In this document: positions 10,425 through 19,933 of the stretch, piece after piece
Layout of the letters: each line of letters starts with the position of its first letter
How positions within the stretch are numbered: position 1 is the stretch's first letter
Assembly: GCA_964617735.1 (NCBI GenBank)
Contig: CAZTXT010000001.1
Coordinates: 532,776 to 596,775, forward strand
Source: an uncultured Candidatus Saccharibacteria bacterium
GTDB lineage: Bacteria; Patescibacteriota; Minisyncoccia; Phycocordibacterales; DSPV01
Length of the DNA: 64,000 nucleotides
Reading direction: 5' to 3'
Translations under genes and position numbers: made by a program
The notes under the pieces: model-generated
Databases searched by the model: none
What the model saw: only the letters and a program-made list of their open reading frames with translations
What the model was told of the DNA's origin: nothing

Positions 10425-10709
10425 TCAGTAAAATATCAGGCGCTTCTTGAGAAACGGAATGAGCAGTAAAAAAAGCAACGAGAGCGCCGTGAATGGAAAC
10501 GGGAATCCGGGGGCAAATGGAGGCGGCCCGTAGAGCATATCTGCGGCGAAGCAAACGCCGACACCTTCGTAAAATCGACTGAACGCGAGAAAACCCCCGA
10601 CTGAGAAGACCAGAATCAACCACCACGGTGCCATAAAAAGAAGCACTATCATAAGGACGATAAAGAGAGAGCGGAAGATGATTTGCCTGCTGTTTTGGCG
10701 GGGGCTCAT
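10425..10709 (-). CDS. small membrane protein, MreD-like by position
   Basis: fully hydrophobic 94 aa, between mreC and pbp2; ATGA coupling with mreC. Confidence 0.55.
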   Translation of the reverse strand: MSPRQNSRQIIFRSLFIVLMIVLLFMAPWWLILVFSVGGFLAFSRFYEGVGVCFAADMLYGPPPFAPGFPFPFTALSLLFLLLIPFLKKRLIFY

Positions 10710-11515
10710 GGAGCGTGGGGTGCGCCGGTCTTGATAAGCACGGTTCGCTGTTCAAAGATATTGACCGGAATGCGAAAACGCACCAGTTGTAAGAAATCAA
10801 CGTCTCGATGCTCGAGCGACTCGACGGCACCGAGCGATATCCGCTCCCGACCCGGCAGTACCACAATATCTCCCTTTGCCACGGGCGCCTCCTGCGGAAG
10901 CAGTGCCTCAAACGCCCCTCCACCCACGCCGTGCGCGGAAGCTTGCAAACCCTTTGTACCGATCAGGACCGTAACGTCGTTTGCAGGAGCAGAAAGCAAA
11001 GTCGCGCGGGAGAAATCTCTGAACACTTCGGTTATCGAGCCCAGCGCAACGCCTCCCAGAGAAGTGACCGTATCACCAAGACTCACTCCTGCATCCGCTC
11101 CTGCCTCGAGCACCAGCGTGTCATACGGCGAGAGCGGCGGACGCAACAGAACGTCCGCTAAAAGGTCACGGCCAGGACTTTTTTCAACCGAAGAGGTCGC
11201 CAGCCGCTCATTCTCCGGAAAACCGGAAGCGAGGAGCTCTTGCCGCGCAAGCTCCAATTCAGTACTAAGCCGCCGATTCTCTGCGGTGAGCGTTTCTTTA
11301 GAGACCAGATAATCGAAAAACCCCGAAAAAAAACCGGCGATCTCATCGCGCGTTCGCCCTAAAGGCGCAGACACGTTATAGATGATGGTCGGGAAAAACG
11401 ATGGCGCCAAGAGTGCAACGACGACGCATATGAAAAGCAGGAAGAGTGCGACATAGAAAGAACGCCCGCCGCGCCAGCGATGCAGATTACTGCTCGAGGG
11501 GAAGGTCCGCCTCAT
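10706..11515 (-). CDS. mreC: rod shape-determining protein MreC
   Basis: TM, coiled coil (LTAENRRL), YDTLVLEAGADAGV beta domain. Confidence 0.85.
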   Translation of the reverse strand: MRRTFPSSSNLHRWRGGRSFYVALFLLFICVVVALLAPSFFPTIIYNVSAPLGRTRDEIAGFFSGFFDYLVSKETLTAENRRLSTELELARQELLASGFPENERLATSSVEKSPGRDLLADVLLRPPLSPYDTLVLEAGADAGVSLGDTVTSLGGVALGSITEVFRDFSRATLLSAPANDVTVLIGTKGLQASAHGVGGGAFEALLPQEAPVAKGDIVVLPGRERISLGAVESLEHRDVDFLQLVRFRIPVNIFEQRTVLIKTGAPHAP

Positions 11516-12566
11516 ATTCGATGAGTGTTTCTTTATATCGCTCCATATCCTCGACGATTATCCCTGCGCCGCGCGCAACTGCGGTTAAGGGATCGTCGGC
11601 GACATGGACGGGGATTTTTAGGCACTGCTGTAAATACGGCGCGAGACCGCGCAGGAGCGCACCGCCCCCCACCAGATAGATTCCCCGCTGCATGACATCG
11701 GAGACAAGCTCTGGGGGCGTGGACTCGAGCACTTCGCGCGCAGCCTCGACGATACTATCCACTGACTGACCGATCGCTTCACGGACATCGGCATCAGTGA
11801 TAATCACTTCGCGCGGCAGTCCCGTGATAAGGTCTCTTCCTTTCACGGTCGTCTCAAGCGAGCTTCCCAGAGGCATCGCGGAGCCGATCGATATCTTTAT
11901 GTGCTCGGCAGTCTTTTCGCCGATAAGTATTTTGAATTCACTGCGGATATAGGCAATGATGTCGTTATTGAAATGATCCCCCGCTATTTTAAGGTTCTTG
12001 GACTTCACGATACCACCTAAACTAATGATCGCGATGTCCGTCGTGCCTCCGCCGATATCGATGACCATATTCCCCGTAGGTTCTTTGATGGGCAGGCGGA
12101 TTCCGACAGCGGCCGCCATCGGCTGCTCGACGATATGCACCTCGCGAGCGCCGCTGTTGCGCGTCGCGTCCCGAACCGCCCGCGACTCGACGTTAGTGAC
12201 ACCCGAAGGAACACCAACCACCACGCGCGGTCCCAAGATCTTTCGTGAATCCTGCTGAACGCGGCTGATGAGATACGCGATCATCTCCTCGGTCACTTCG
12301 AAATCAGAGATGACTCCCTCGAAGAGCGGCCGGATCGCGGCGATATGCCCGGGAGTACGACCGAGCATCGCCTTTGCTTGATTGCCTATCGCAACGACCT
12401 GTCCGGTCTTTTGATTGATGGCGACGACTGAAGGCTCATTGATGACGATTCCCTGCCCGCGCACATACACCAGCGTATTCGCGGTTCCGAGATCAATACC
12501 GAGATCGTGGCTAAAAAGCCGGTACAATTCTTCCAGCTTCTGCCTCAAATACGATCCTTTAAACAT
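11487..12566 (-). CDS. mreB: rod shape-determining protein MreB (copy 1)
   Basis: GIDLGTANTLV, EPSVVA, DIGGGTTD, GGGALL; start placed at ATG 12566, overlapping the proS stop. Confidence 0.95.
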   Translation of the reverse strand: MFKGSYLRQKLEELYRLFSHDLGIDLGTANTLVYVRGQGIVINEPSVVAINQKTGQVVAIGNQAKAMLGRTPGHIAAIRPLFEGVISDFEVTEEMIAYLISRVQQDSRKILGPRVVVGVPSGVTNVESRAVRDATRNSGAREVHIVEQPMAAAVGIRLPIKEPTGNMVIDIGGGTTDIAIISLGGIVKSKNLKIAGDHFNNDIIAYIRSEFKILIGEKTAEHIKISIGSAMPLGSSLETTVKGRDLITGLPREVIITDADVREAIGQSVDSIVEAAREVLESTPPELVSDVMQRGIYLVGGGALLRGLAPYLQQCLKIPVHVADDPLTAVARGAGIIVEDMERYKETLIEYEADLPLEQ

Positions 12567-13815
12567 GGGATTTGATGCTCGGCAGCAGTTTTTTAGACGG
12601 TATGAGTTCTGTTTTTCCCGAGCGGCGATTGAGCAGCTCAAATGAGTCCTTGGAAGCGTTCCGCGCGCTTGCGATGATGCGTAGAGGGATGCCGATGAGG
12701 TCGGCGTCGGCGAATTTCTCTCCGGCCCGAGCATCGCGATCATCAAAAAGGACATCGATTCCCGCCGCTGAAAGTTCGTTGTATATCTTCTCCGCCTCGG
12801 TACGAACAGCTGCCTCTTTCTCATCGAGCAGTATTAGATGCACCGAGAACGGGGTCAGGGTGCGCGGCCACAGGAGACTTCTCTCGTCCGAGAAAAGTTC
12901 GACAGCGACCCCCATCAATCGTGCAGGGCCGATACCGTAGCTTCCCATGTGGACTGGCCGCGTTTCGTTCTTCTCATCCACAAACTTGAGTCCCAACGCT
13001 TCTGAAAAACGCGTACCCAGATCGAAAATGTTACCGACTTCGACGGCTTTGAGGGCGCGGAGGCTCTTATTACCGCAAACGGGACAAACTTTCTGCTCCG
13101 CGATTATCTCATCATTGACAGCAACCGAGCATTTCTCACACAGGTGGATGGTATCCTCGCCCGCGTCGCAAACGGTCTGAAATTCATGCGAATATTTGCT
13201 GAAACTGCCCCCCGCAGCATAGGTCAGATACGTTTGCGCGCCGATCCCCGCTCGGTCGAACACCGTTTTGTATGCGGCTTTCATCGCTTCGTAGAACTCG
13301 GCATGCTCCTCTGCGTCTTTCGAGAACGAATAGAGGTCCTTCATTAAAAACTCCCGGGTCCGCATGAGACCGGATTTTGCGCGGGCTTCATTGCGGAACT
13401 TCGTCTGTATCTGATACGGATAGACCGGAAGATCGCGGAATGAGCGGATATGGTCGCGCATCAAGAGCGTCAGAGGCTCTTCATGAGTGAAGCCGAGCCC
13501 CAGCTCGCCTCCGCTGTTGAGCTTCGTCTTGAACCAATTGTCGACATCCCTCTCGCTCCAGCGGCCGGTTTTCTCCCATGTCTCTTTGTTCTGCAGAGTC
13601 GCGAGAAAGATCTCCTGCCCTCCCACGGCGTTCATTTCCCCCCGAATGATCCCGATGATTTTGTTGAGAACGCGCAAACCCAGCGGCAAAAACGAATAGA
13701 CGCCGGCCATTTCCTTGTGGATGAATCCGCCTTGAATCAAAAGCTTAGCGTTCTTTGCAGCCTCATCTTTAGGGACCTCTTTGCGTGTTTTGGTGAATAG
13801 CTCAGACTGGCGCAT
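12559..13815 (-). CDS. proS: proline--tRNA ligase, short form without editing domain
   Basis: MRQSELF, THEE, QTKFRNEAR, REFLMKDLYSF, GSYGIG, GEKFADADLIGIP. Confidence 0.95.
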   Translation of the reverse strand: MRQSELFTKTRKEVPKDEAAKNAKLLIQGGFIHKEMAGVYSFLPLGLRVLNKIIGIIRGEMNAVGGQEIFLATLQNKETWEKTGRWSERDVDNWFKTKLNSGGELGLGFTHEEPLTLLMRDHIRSFRDLPVYPYQIQTKFRNEARAKSGLMRTREFLMKDLYSFSKDAEEHAEFYEAMKAAYKTVFDRAGIGAQTYLTYAAGGSFSKYSHEFQTVCDAGEDTIHLCEKCSVAVNDEIIAEQKVCPVCGNKSLRALKAVEVGNIFDLGTRFSEALGLKFVDEKNETRPVHMGSYGIGPARLMGVAVELFSDERSLLWPRTLTPFSVHLILLDEKEAAVRTEAEKIYNELSAAGIDVLFDDRDARAGEKFADADLIGIPLRIIASARNASKDSFELLNRRSGKTELIPSKKLLPSIKSHV

Positions 13816-13935
13816 GACAGCGTTTACAAGTGACTAAGCTGCTTAATAATACAGGAATTATGGCTCAACGGCGAGAGTTGACAGTATGAATCGGTCGTTG
13901 CAACCTTCCTGACCGAAGCGTAAAACCCGATCCTC

Positions 13936-15030
13936 CTAGAGCAGATGGACGATATCCTTGTACGTGATAAGAACGAGAAGCAGCAGGAGTAATCCAAAAC
14001 CAACTGCATTAAGGGTTCTCGTCACCTTAGGCGGCAGCGGCCGGCGGATGAGTGCTTCGATGAGCACGAAGAAGAGTCGTCCCCCGTCGAGCGCGGGAAA
14101 TGGGATCACATTGATGACGGCAAGATTGAGCGAGATGATAGCGGTAAATGAGATGAGATAGAAAAATCCGAGCGAGGTCGCAGAGCCCACCATCACCGCG
14201 ATGCCAACCGGCCCCGATACCTGCGAGAAATCAGCATGCCCCGTCACTACCTGATAAAGGAAAACACCGATGGCCTGCGCGATCACTAAGAAAAGGTCGA
14301 TCGTTCGCTTCCCTCCTTCCCATAGAGCACTGAAAAACGGGAGCTTGAGCGTCCCTACCTGATCCATGCTGATGCCAATGCCTGCAACCGCGCTTACCAC
14401 GCCTTTTTTGGGCGTGACCTCAAGAGAAAGGTCTTGCCCGCTACGCTTCAGATTGATGGTGAGCGTTTTACTTTCGTGCGCCGCGATGAATTCCTGCACG
14501 TTTTTGATCGAAACACTGGAGAGACGATCGTCAGATGAAGCGCTCATGTTCAGTATCGCATCGCCCGCTTTGATGCCGGCGACATCGGCGGGAGAGAGCG
14601 GTAAGACATCCACGATCAGCAAACGCTCATTTTCCAGATGCGCTCCGACATACTGTTCGGTCGAGACGGGTGCGCCGGTCATAAAGACCAATGACAAAAG
14701 AACCCAGGCGAAAATGATGTTCATGAGTATCCCGCCCAAAAGCACAAGTGCCTGCACCGCACGGTTTTTCGCAATGAAACTCCGGGCACGATCGGGACTA
14801 TCCGGCAGAACGTCGATGGCTTCTTCGCCGAAGATCTTGACGTAACCGCCGAACGGCACGATGTTGAGAGCATACAGAGTCTCGCCGATCTTTTTCGAGA
14901 TTATCCGCGGCGGAAAACCGAGTGCAAATTCATCCACCCTGATGCCAAAAAGCTTGGCCAAACTGAAATGACCGAGTTCATGGACGAACACTAGAACCGC
15001 AAGAATAACGATAAAAAGTACGACAGTCAC
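13936..15030 (-). CDS. rseP: RIP metalloprotease RseP (M50, PDZ)
   Basis: HELGH, PFGGYV, PDZ (SPADVAGIKAGD), NVIPFPALDGG. Confidence 0.93.
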   Translation of the reverse strand: MTVVLFIVILAVLVFVHELGHFSLAKLFGIRVDEFALGFPPRIISKKIGETLYALNIVPFGGYVKIFGEEAIDVLPDSPDRARSFIAKNRAVQALVLLGGILMNIIFAWVLLSLVFMTGAPVSTEQYVGAHLENERLLIVDVLPLSPADVAGIKAGDAILNMSASSDDRLSSVSIKNVQEFIAAHESKTLTINLKRSGQDLSLEVTPKKGVVSAVAGIGISMDQVGTLKLPFFSALWEGGKRTIDLFLVIAQAIGVFLYQVVTGHADFSQVSGPVGIAVMVGSATSLGFFYLISFTAIISLNLAVINVIPFPALDGGRLFFVLIEALIRRPLPPKVTRTLNAVGFGLLLLLLVLITYKDIVHLL

Positions 15031-15036
15031 AGAAAA

Positions 15037-15588
15037 TTACGAGAGTATTTCTTTTTCCTTCTTCGAGAACAACTCATCGAAACCCTTGGAAGCCTGCTGA
15101 ACAGCCTTTTCCATTTCGTCTTTGAGACGGAATTTCTCGTCCTCGCCCATTTTCCCCTCTTTCTCTTTCGATTGAATATCCCTCCAGACTTCGTCGCGGA
15201 TAGCACGAAGCTTTTTGCGAGCTTCCTCGAGCTTCTCTTTGGCGACCTTGAAATATCCCTCGCGCCGCTCGGCGGTCAGCTCGGGAAAGATGACACGGAG
15301 GCCGCGATCATCGACAGCGACCGAAAGACCAAGACTCGACTGCACGATGGCTTTCTCGATATTTTTCGTCTGGGACGGATCGTAGGGACTGATGCGTAGC
15401 GAGCGGGCGTCTTCGATGGAAACCGAGGAAAGTTCGCGGATGCCCATTTTTGCGCCGTAGGATTCGACCGAAACCCCATCGAGTATTGCCGGCGCCGCAC
15501 GTCCGGTGCGTATAGCGGAGAATTCCTTTTGCAGCCACGAAAGGCTCGCCGCCGTCTTTTCCCTCAGTGGTTTGAAATCATAAGCCAT
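15037..15588 (-). CDS. frr: ribosome recycling factor
   Basis: IRTGRA, PELTAERR, KEKEIL. Confidence 0.95.
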   Translation of the reverse strand: MAYDFKPLREKTAASLSWLQKEFSAIRTGRAAPAILDGVSVESYGAKMGIRELSSVSIEDARSLRISPYDPSQTKNIEKAIVQSSLGLSVAVDDRGLRVIFPELTAERREGYFKVAKEKLEEARKKLRAIRDEVWRDIQSKEKEGKMGEDEKFRLKDEMEKAVQQASKGFDELFSKKEKEILS

Positions 15589-15622
15589 AGTGGAAAAAGT
15601 ATAGCAGATTATCGTTTAAAAT

Positions 15623-16339
15623 TTAATGCTTAGAACTTATAGGCGGCAGTATGAGCGCAAGATGCTCGAGGAGCATTTTCACGGAAGACGAACGGTCACT
15701 AATGTACTTGCGACAGAGCGCCAAATCATCAAAAGCCTCCTGTGCGATATTAGATTTTCCTCGCGTCTCCCAAAGCATTTTTTCAAGTTGGCCGATCAAA
15801 TCAACAGTGAATTGCTTCTCGAGATCACCGTCAAAGATATCATCGGCTATCTTCTTTGCAAGCGTCAGACGCTCGGCGGGAGAGGCAGAGAGGAATTCCT
15901 GCGCCTGATTCTTGGCGGCGCTCCCTGCCGGTCGCGCCGTGTCGATGATATACAAACGCGAAGAGACCGTGGGAAGCAGAACTTGCGCGCGCGGAACGAT
16001 GAGAAAGAAATGGGTGCGTTCTCCAGGCTCTTCAAGGGTCTTTAAGAGCGAATTTTGCGCTTCAGTGGTCGCAGTGTTGAACGCGGCGATGATGACCTTG
16101 CGATTGCCGAATGCCTTGCGTTCGGCGATGTCTTTCACCCTGCGAGCATCGTCAATCGTAAGGACGTCAAAGCGCGAAACATGCAGGTCTGGGTTCCCGC
16201 GCAATTCAAAATTCTTAATCTTTTGTAAAAACGCCAAGATGTCGGAAATCGCTTCTTCTCTGTCCCCCGCAATGAGATAGGCATGATGGAGGGAAAGCGC
16301 TTCTTCTCCGGCCCAGCTTGAGATTTTCTCGGCTTGCAT
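15623..16339 (-). CDS. holB: DNA polymerase III delta-prime subunit-like
   Basis: HAYLI, NPDL, EAQNSLLKTLEEP, LLPTVSSR. Confidence 0.85.
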   Translation of the reverse strand: MQAEKISSWAGEEALSLHHAYLIAGDREEAISDILAFLQKIKNFELRGNPDLHVSRFDVLTIDDARRVKDIAERKAFGNRKVIIAAFNTATTEAQNSLLKTLEEPGERTHFFLIVPRAQVLLPTVSSRLYIIDTARPAGSAAKNQAQEFLSASPAERLTLAKKIADDIFDGDLEKQFTVDLIGQLEKMLWETRGKSNIAQEAFDDLALCRKYISDRSSSVKMLLEHLALILPPISSKH

Positions 16340-16357
16340 ACGCTAAGTATAGCAAAA

Positions 16358-16403
16358 GCTCCACCCAGCCGTAGGTTTTAAAGAATCTACGACTGGGTGG
16401 AGC
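16358..16403 (-). terminator. hairpin terminator after mreB copy 2
   Basis: GCTCCACCCAGCCGTAG...CTACGACTGGGTGGAGC inverted repeat, with AAAA on its left giving a U-tail on the - strand. Confidence 0.65.
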
Positions 16404-16429
16404 CAGGGCTGGCGAATCAGTTTAACAAC

Positions 16430-17443
16430 TTATCGCTTCGCAATGATTGACTTCTTATACGCATCCAAGTGCTCGAGCGCGACCCCCGTCCCGCGGGCGA
16501 CGCAGAAGAGCGCATCCTTGGCAAGGGTTGCTTTCACGCCGGTGCGGCGAAAAACCAGTTCGGGAAAGTTGCGCAGCTGGGACGAACCGCCGGTCATGAT
16601 GATGCCGCGCTCAATGATATCCGCCGCAAGCTCGGGAGGAGTTTCCTGCAAAACATCCTTGATGGCCTTGATCATCTCACGCAATTCGCGGCTGATGGCC
16701 TTGACCACCTCGTTGGTCCGGAACTCGGCGCTCCGCGGAAGACCCGTGACGAAATCCCTGCCCTTCACCATCATCGCGATCTCTTCTTCCAGCGGTATCG
16801 CCGAGCCTATCGTTAGCTTTATCTCTTCCGCCATGCGATCCCCGATGGAGAGGTTGTATGTTTTCTTGAGATAATCGGCGATCGCCGAATCCATCCGGTT
16901 GCCAGCGCACTTGACCGAGTTGCAGGCGACAATGCCACCGAGAGAGATGACCGCGACATCCGTGGTCCCTCCGCCGATGTCCACCACCATATGCCCAACC
17001 GGTTCATGGATAGGGATGCCCGCGCCGATAGCGGCCAAGATCGGCTCTTTCACCACGAACGCGTTTTTCGCGCCAGCTCTGATGGCAGCCTCGATAACGG
17101 CGCGCCGTTCAGTGGAAGTCACCGAGGCGGGCACCGACACCATCACGTCAGGCTTCCAGATGTTCCAGCGGCCGAGCGCCTTGCCGATGAAATAACGTAA
17201 CATCGCCTCGGTCACCCGATAGTCGGCGATGACACCGTCTTTCATCGGCCGATAGGCAACAATGGAATCGGGGGTCTTCCCCACCATCTTCTTCGCCTCA
17301 ATGCCGACCGCAAGAATTTTGCGATCAACTTCAGAAACCGCCACTACGGATGGTTCGTTGAGTACGATACCCCTTCCCGGCGCGAAAACCAGGGTGTTCG
17401 CGGTTCCGAGGTCAATGCCCAACTTTGTAGAAAATAGAGCCAT
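16430..17443 (-). CDS. mreB: rod shape-determining protein MreB/Mbl (copy 2)
   Basis: GIDLGTANTLV, RPMKDGVIAD, DIGGGTTDVA, TGGSSQL; start placed at ATG 17443. Confidence 0.93.
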   Translation of the reverse strand: MALFSTKLGIDLGTANTLVFAPGRGIVLNEPSVVAVSEVDRKILAVGIEAKKMVGKTPDSIVAYRPMKDGVIADYRVTEAMLRYFIGKALGRWNIWKPDVMVSVPASVTSTERRAVIEAAIRAGAKNAFVVKEPILAAIGAGIPIHEPVGHMVVDIGGGTTDVAVISLGGIVACNSVKCAGNRMDSAIADYLKKTYNLSIGDRMAEEIKLTIGSAIPLEEEIAMMVKGRDFVTGLPRSAEFRTNEVVKAISRELREMIKAIKDVLQETPPELAADIIERGIIMTGGSSQLRNFPELVFRRTGVKATLAKDALFCVARGTGVALEHLDAYKKSIIAKR

Positions 17444-17529
17444 AGAGGTAGCGTATAGGGTACAGCGGAAAGCCCAGAGCGTCCAGTCAGAAACGCCCAA
17501 AATCACCTTAGCACGTCACTTCCATATAC

Positions 17530-17548
17530 ATAGCACATATGCTATACT
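17530..17548 (+). promoter_or_regulatory. inverted repeat overlapping the extended -10 of HTH-murA
   Basis: ATAGCA-CATA-TGCTAT (17530-45) overlapping TGCTATACT. Confidence 0.5.
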
Positions 17549-17558
17549 GGCTGATACC

Positions 17559-19082
17559 ATGACTGTGACAGAAAAAAAGAAGCTCTCGGTCCTCGGTCAG
17601 CTCATCAAGAGCCTGCGGGAGGAACGTGCGATCACCCAATCGACATTCGCGAAAAAACTCGGCACGACGCAGAGCGCCGTCGCACGCATCGAGAGCGGGG
17701 AGCAGAACGTGAGCGCCGGAATCTTAAGCCGCATCTCGGACATTCTCGAAAAAGACGTCATTCAAGTGAACGACGGCGCCATGAACATCCAGATCGAGGG
17801 AGGCCATGAACTCTCGGGAACAGTCGTCACCAAAACTTCCAAGAACGCGGCGATGGGACTGCTGTGCGCTTCCCTGCTGAACCGCTCGGAAACGATCCTC
17901 GAGCATGTCCCCAGGATCGAAGAGGTCCATCGGATGGTGGAAGTGCTCGTAAGCATCGGGGTACAGGTCCGCTGGGACAACGACAATCTCATCATCAAGC
18001 CGCCGGAGAAGATTGCTCCAGAATCAATGGATCGGACCGCCGCACAAAAAACCCGCAGTGTCATCATGCTCACCGGACCCCTGATGCATCTGTTGCCGAA
18101 ATTCTCGCTGCCGCAACCCGGCGGCTGCAAGCTCGGCAGCCGCTCTATCCGTCCACACCTCTACGCGCTTGAGCGCTTGGGCGTCAAAATAACCACCCGG
18201 CGCGGAAGCCATGACGTGATCATCGGCCCTCCGAAAGATCGCGAGATAATCCTCTACGAATCAGGCGACACCGTGACCGAGAACATCCTTATGGCCACGG
18301 CAAAGCTTCCGGGAAAAACCGTAATCAAGTACGCCTCGGCGAATTATCAAATCCAGGAACTCTGCTACTTTCTCGAGAAGCTCGGCGTCACGATCGAGGG
18401 CATCGGCACCACGACCCTCACCGTAAATGGCATACCGGTCATCGACACGCCAGTGCGCTACAGCCTCGCCGAAGACCCCATCGAATCCATGTTCATGCTC
18501 GCAGCCGCTATCGTCACGCGCTCGAATATCACGATCAAGCGCTGCCCCATCGACTTTTTGGAGCTCGAATTGCTCAAGCTCAAAAAGATGGGTTTTAGAT
18601 ATAAACAGAGCAAACGCTATAAAGCTCTCAATGGCCGAACGAATTTGGTCGACCTAGAAACCTTACCGTCAAACCTCAACGCCCTCGAGGAGAAGATAGA
18701 CGCACGACCCTATCCCGGGCTCAACATAGACAACCTTCCTTTCTTTGCGGTCATCGCGACGCAGGCGAAGGGACAGACATTCATCCATGATTGGGTTTAC
18801 GAGGGACGTGCGATACACTACAAAGAGCTCGATAAGCTCGGCGCAGAGGTGATAGTGGCCGATCCGCACCGGGCGTATATAAACGGGCCCACGGCTCTTG
18901 CTGCTGCCGAAGTCATTTGTCCGCCGGCGCTACGGCCTGCAGCAATCATTTTGATCGGCATGCTCGCGGCAAAAGGGACTTCCATACTGCGTAACATCTA
19001 TTCGATAAATCGGGGATACGAAGACTTGGTAAAGCGGCTCAACGCATTGGGCGCAAAAATAAAGATACTAAGGAACCTGTAG
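17559..19082 (+). CDS. murA: XRE-HTH fused UDP-N-acetylglucosamine 1-carboxyvinyltransferase
   Basis: N-terminal LREERAITQSTFAKKLGTTQSAVARIESG HTH; SKNAA, PGGCKLGSR (catalytic Cys), PYPG, RGYE. Confidence 0.92.
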   Translation: MTVTEKKKLSVLGQLIKSLREERAITQSTFAKKLGTTQSAVARIESGEQNVSAGILSRISDILEKDVIQVNDGAMNIQIEGGHELSGTVVTKTSKNAAMGLLCASLLNRSETILEHVPRIEEVHRMVEVLVSIGVQVRWDNDNLIIKPPEKIAPESMDRTAAQKTRSVIMLTGPLMHLLPKFSLPQPGGCKLGSRSIRPHLYALERLGVKITTRRGSHDVIIGPPKDREIILYESGDTVTENILMATAKLPGKTVIKYASANYQIQELCYFLEKLGVTIEGIGTTTLTVNGIPVIDTPVRYSLAEDPIESMFMLAAAIVTRSNITIKRCPIDFLELELLKLKKMGFRYKQSKRYKALNGRTNLVDLETLPSNLNALEEKIDARPYPGLNIDNLPFFAVIATQAKGQTFIHDWVYEGRAIHYKELDKLGAEVIVADPHRAYINGPTALAAAEVICPPALRPAAIILIGMLAAKGTSILRNIYSINRGYEDLVKRLNALGAKIKILRNL

Positions 19083-19085
19083 TCT

Positions 19086-19871
19086 ATGCAAACAAGAAAG
19101 AACACTGTGATCTGGATACTGACCTTCGCCGCGATAGTGGTCGCGATTTTGATCATCGCCGGAGTCATAAAAACTCCGCTTAGTCCTCACGGAAAGATAA
19201 CAATCGAAGGACTCGATGCGAATGAGAAAGTATTCGTGGATAACGTGCCCCAAAGCATCTCCTTCAATAAAAGGGACAATGCGACCATAAGCGCTGCCGC
19301 AGGCATCCGCGATGTCTTGGTATCGCGTGACGGATACTGGCCATACCTCAAACAGATCAGCGTCGAGGCGGGAAAAACTGCCTCGATACATCCCTTTCTT
19401 TTCCCCAAGCAGCCAGATTTTGAAGGGATTGATAGTCGGGATCCCGAATACTATGCGCTCATCGCATTGATCAAAAAACAAACTATCCCGAGCGAACCGC
19501 ACCTCTTGGGATCGTCGGAAGGTACGGTGACCATCTGGAAAGAGGGCTCGGCGCTCAAGGCTAAATGGATCGGGTCAGGTCCTATCGCCTCTTTTCTCTG
19601 TCCGGAAGGCGACGCGGGAACTTGTCAGAGCGGCATAACCTTCTTCAACGCGAACGAGCCGGTACAAGCGGTGGCATTCTGGAGAGATCGGCCGGATGTG
19701 GCCATCGTCGCTTCGGGAGAAAAGATATTCGCGCTCGAACTCGACCTCCGGCCCATACAAAACTTTCAACTGCTCTACCAGGGCGTAAGACCTGTCTTCG
19801 CGCTAACACCAACGGGAACGCTCATCGTGCTCGACGACGGACATCTTTACTCTCTTGCTCTTGCGGAATAA
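19086..19871 (+). CDS. membrane-anchored PEGA-like domain protein
   Basis: N-terminal TM; VFVD...VLVSRDGYWPY...V PEGA-like pattern. Confidence 0.6.
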   Translation: MQTRKNTVIWILTFAAIVVAILIIAGVIKTPLSPHGKITIEGLDANEKVFVDNVPQSISFNKRDNATISAAAGIRDVLVSRDGYWPYLKQISVEAGKTASIHPFLFPKQPDFEGIDSRDPEYYALIALIKKQTIPSEPHLLGSSEGTVTIWKEGSALKAKWIGSGPIASFLCPEGDAGTCQSGITFFNANEPVQAVAFWRDRPDVAIVASGEKIFALELDLRPIQNFQLLYQGVRPVFALTPTGTLIVLDDGHLYSLALAE

Positions 19872-19933
19872 TTTTAATACCTAACCGGCGCTCTGGTCCG
19901 CTGTCGATACCCTCGAGCCTCTTTGTAGCCTCC

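Noticed and set aside
13885-13925. SRP RNA (ffs)
   Set aside because: GGAA is not closed by the canonical stem and the CAGG/AGCA internal loop is not matched; kept only as an unknown structure
11487-17443. Two mreB genes as a novelty
   Set aside because: Multiple MreB paralogues are common in CPR and Firmicutes
17262-17558. Long N-terminal extensions in the ORF track (murA; likewise priA, mreB, rsmH, greA, fmt, cyoA, cyoD, exonuclease, GH130)
   Set aside because: They overlap neighbouring genes and have no family similarity; downstream starts fit the motifs and promoter spacing
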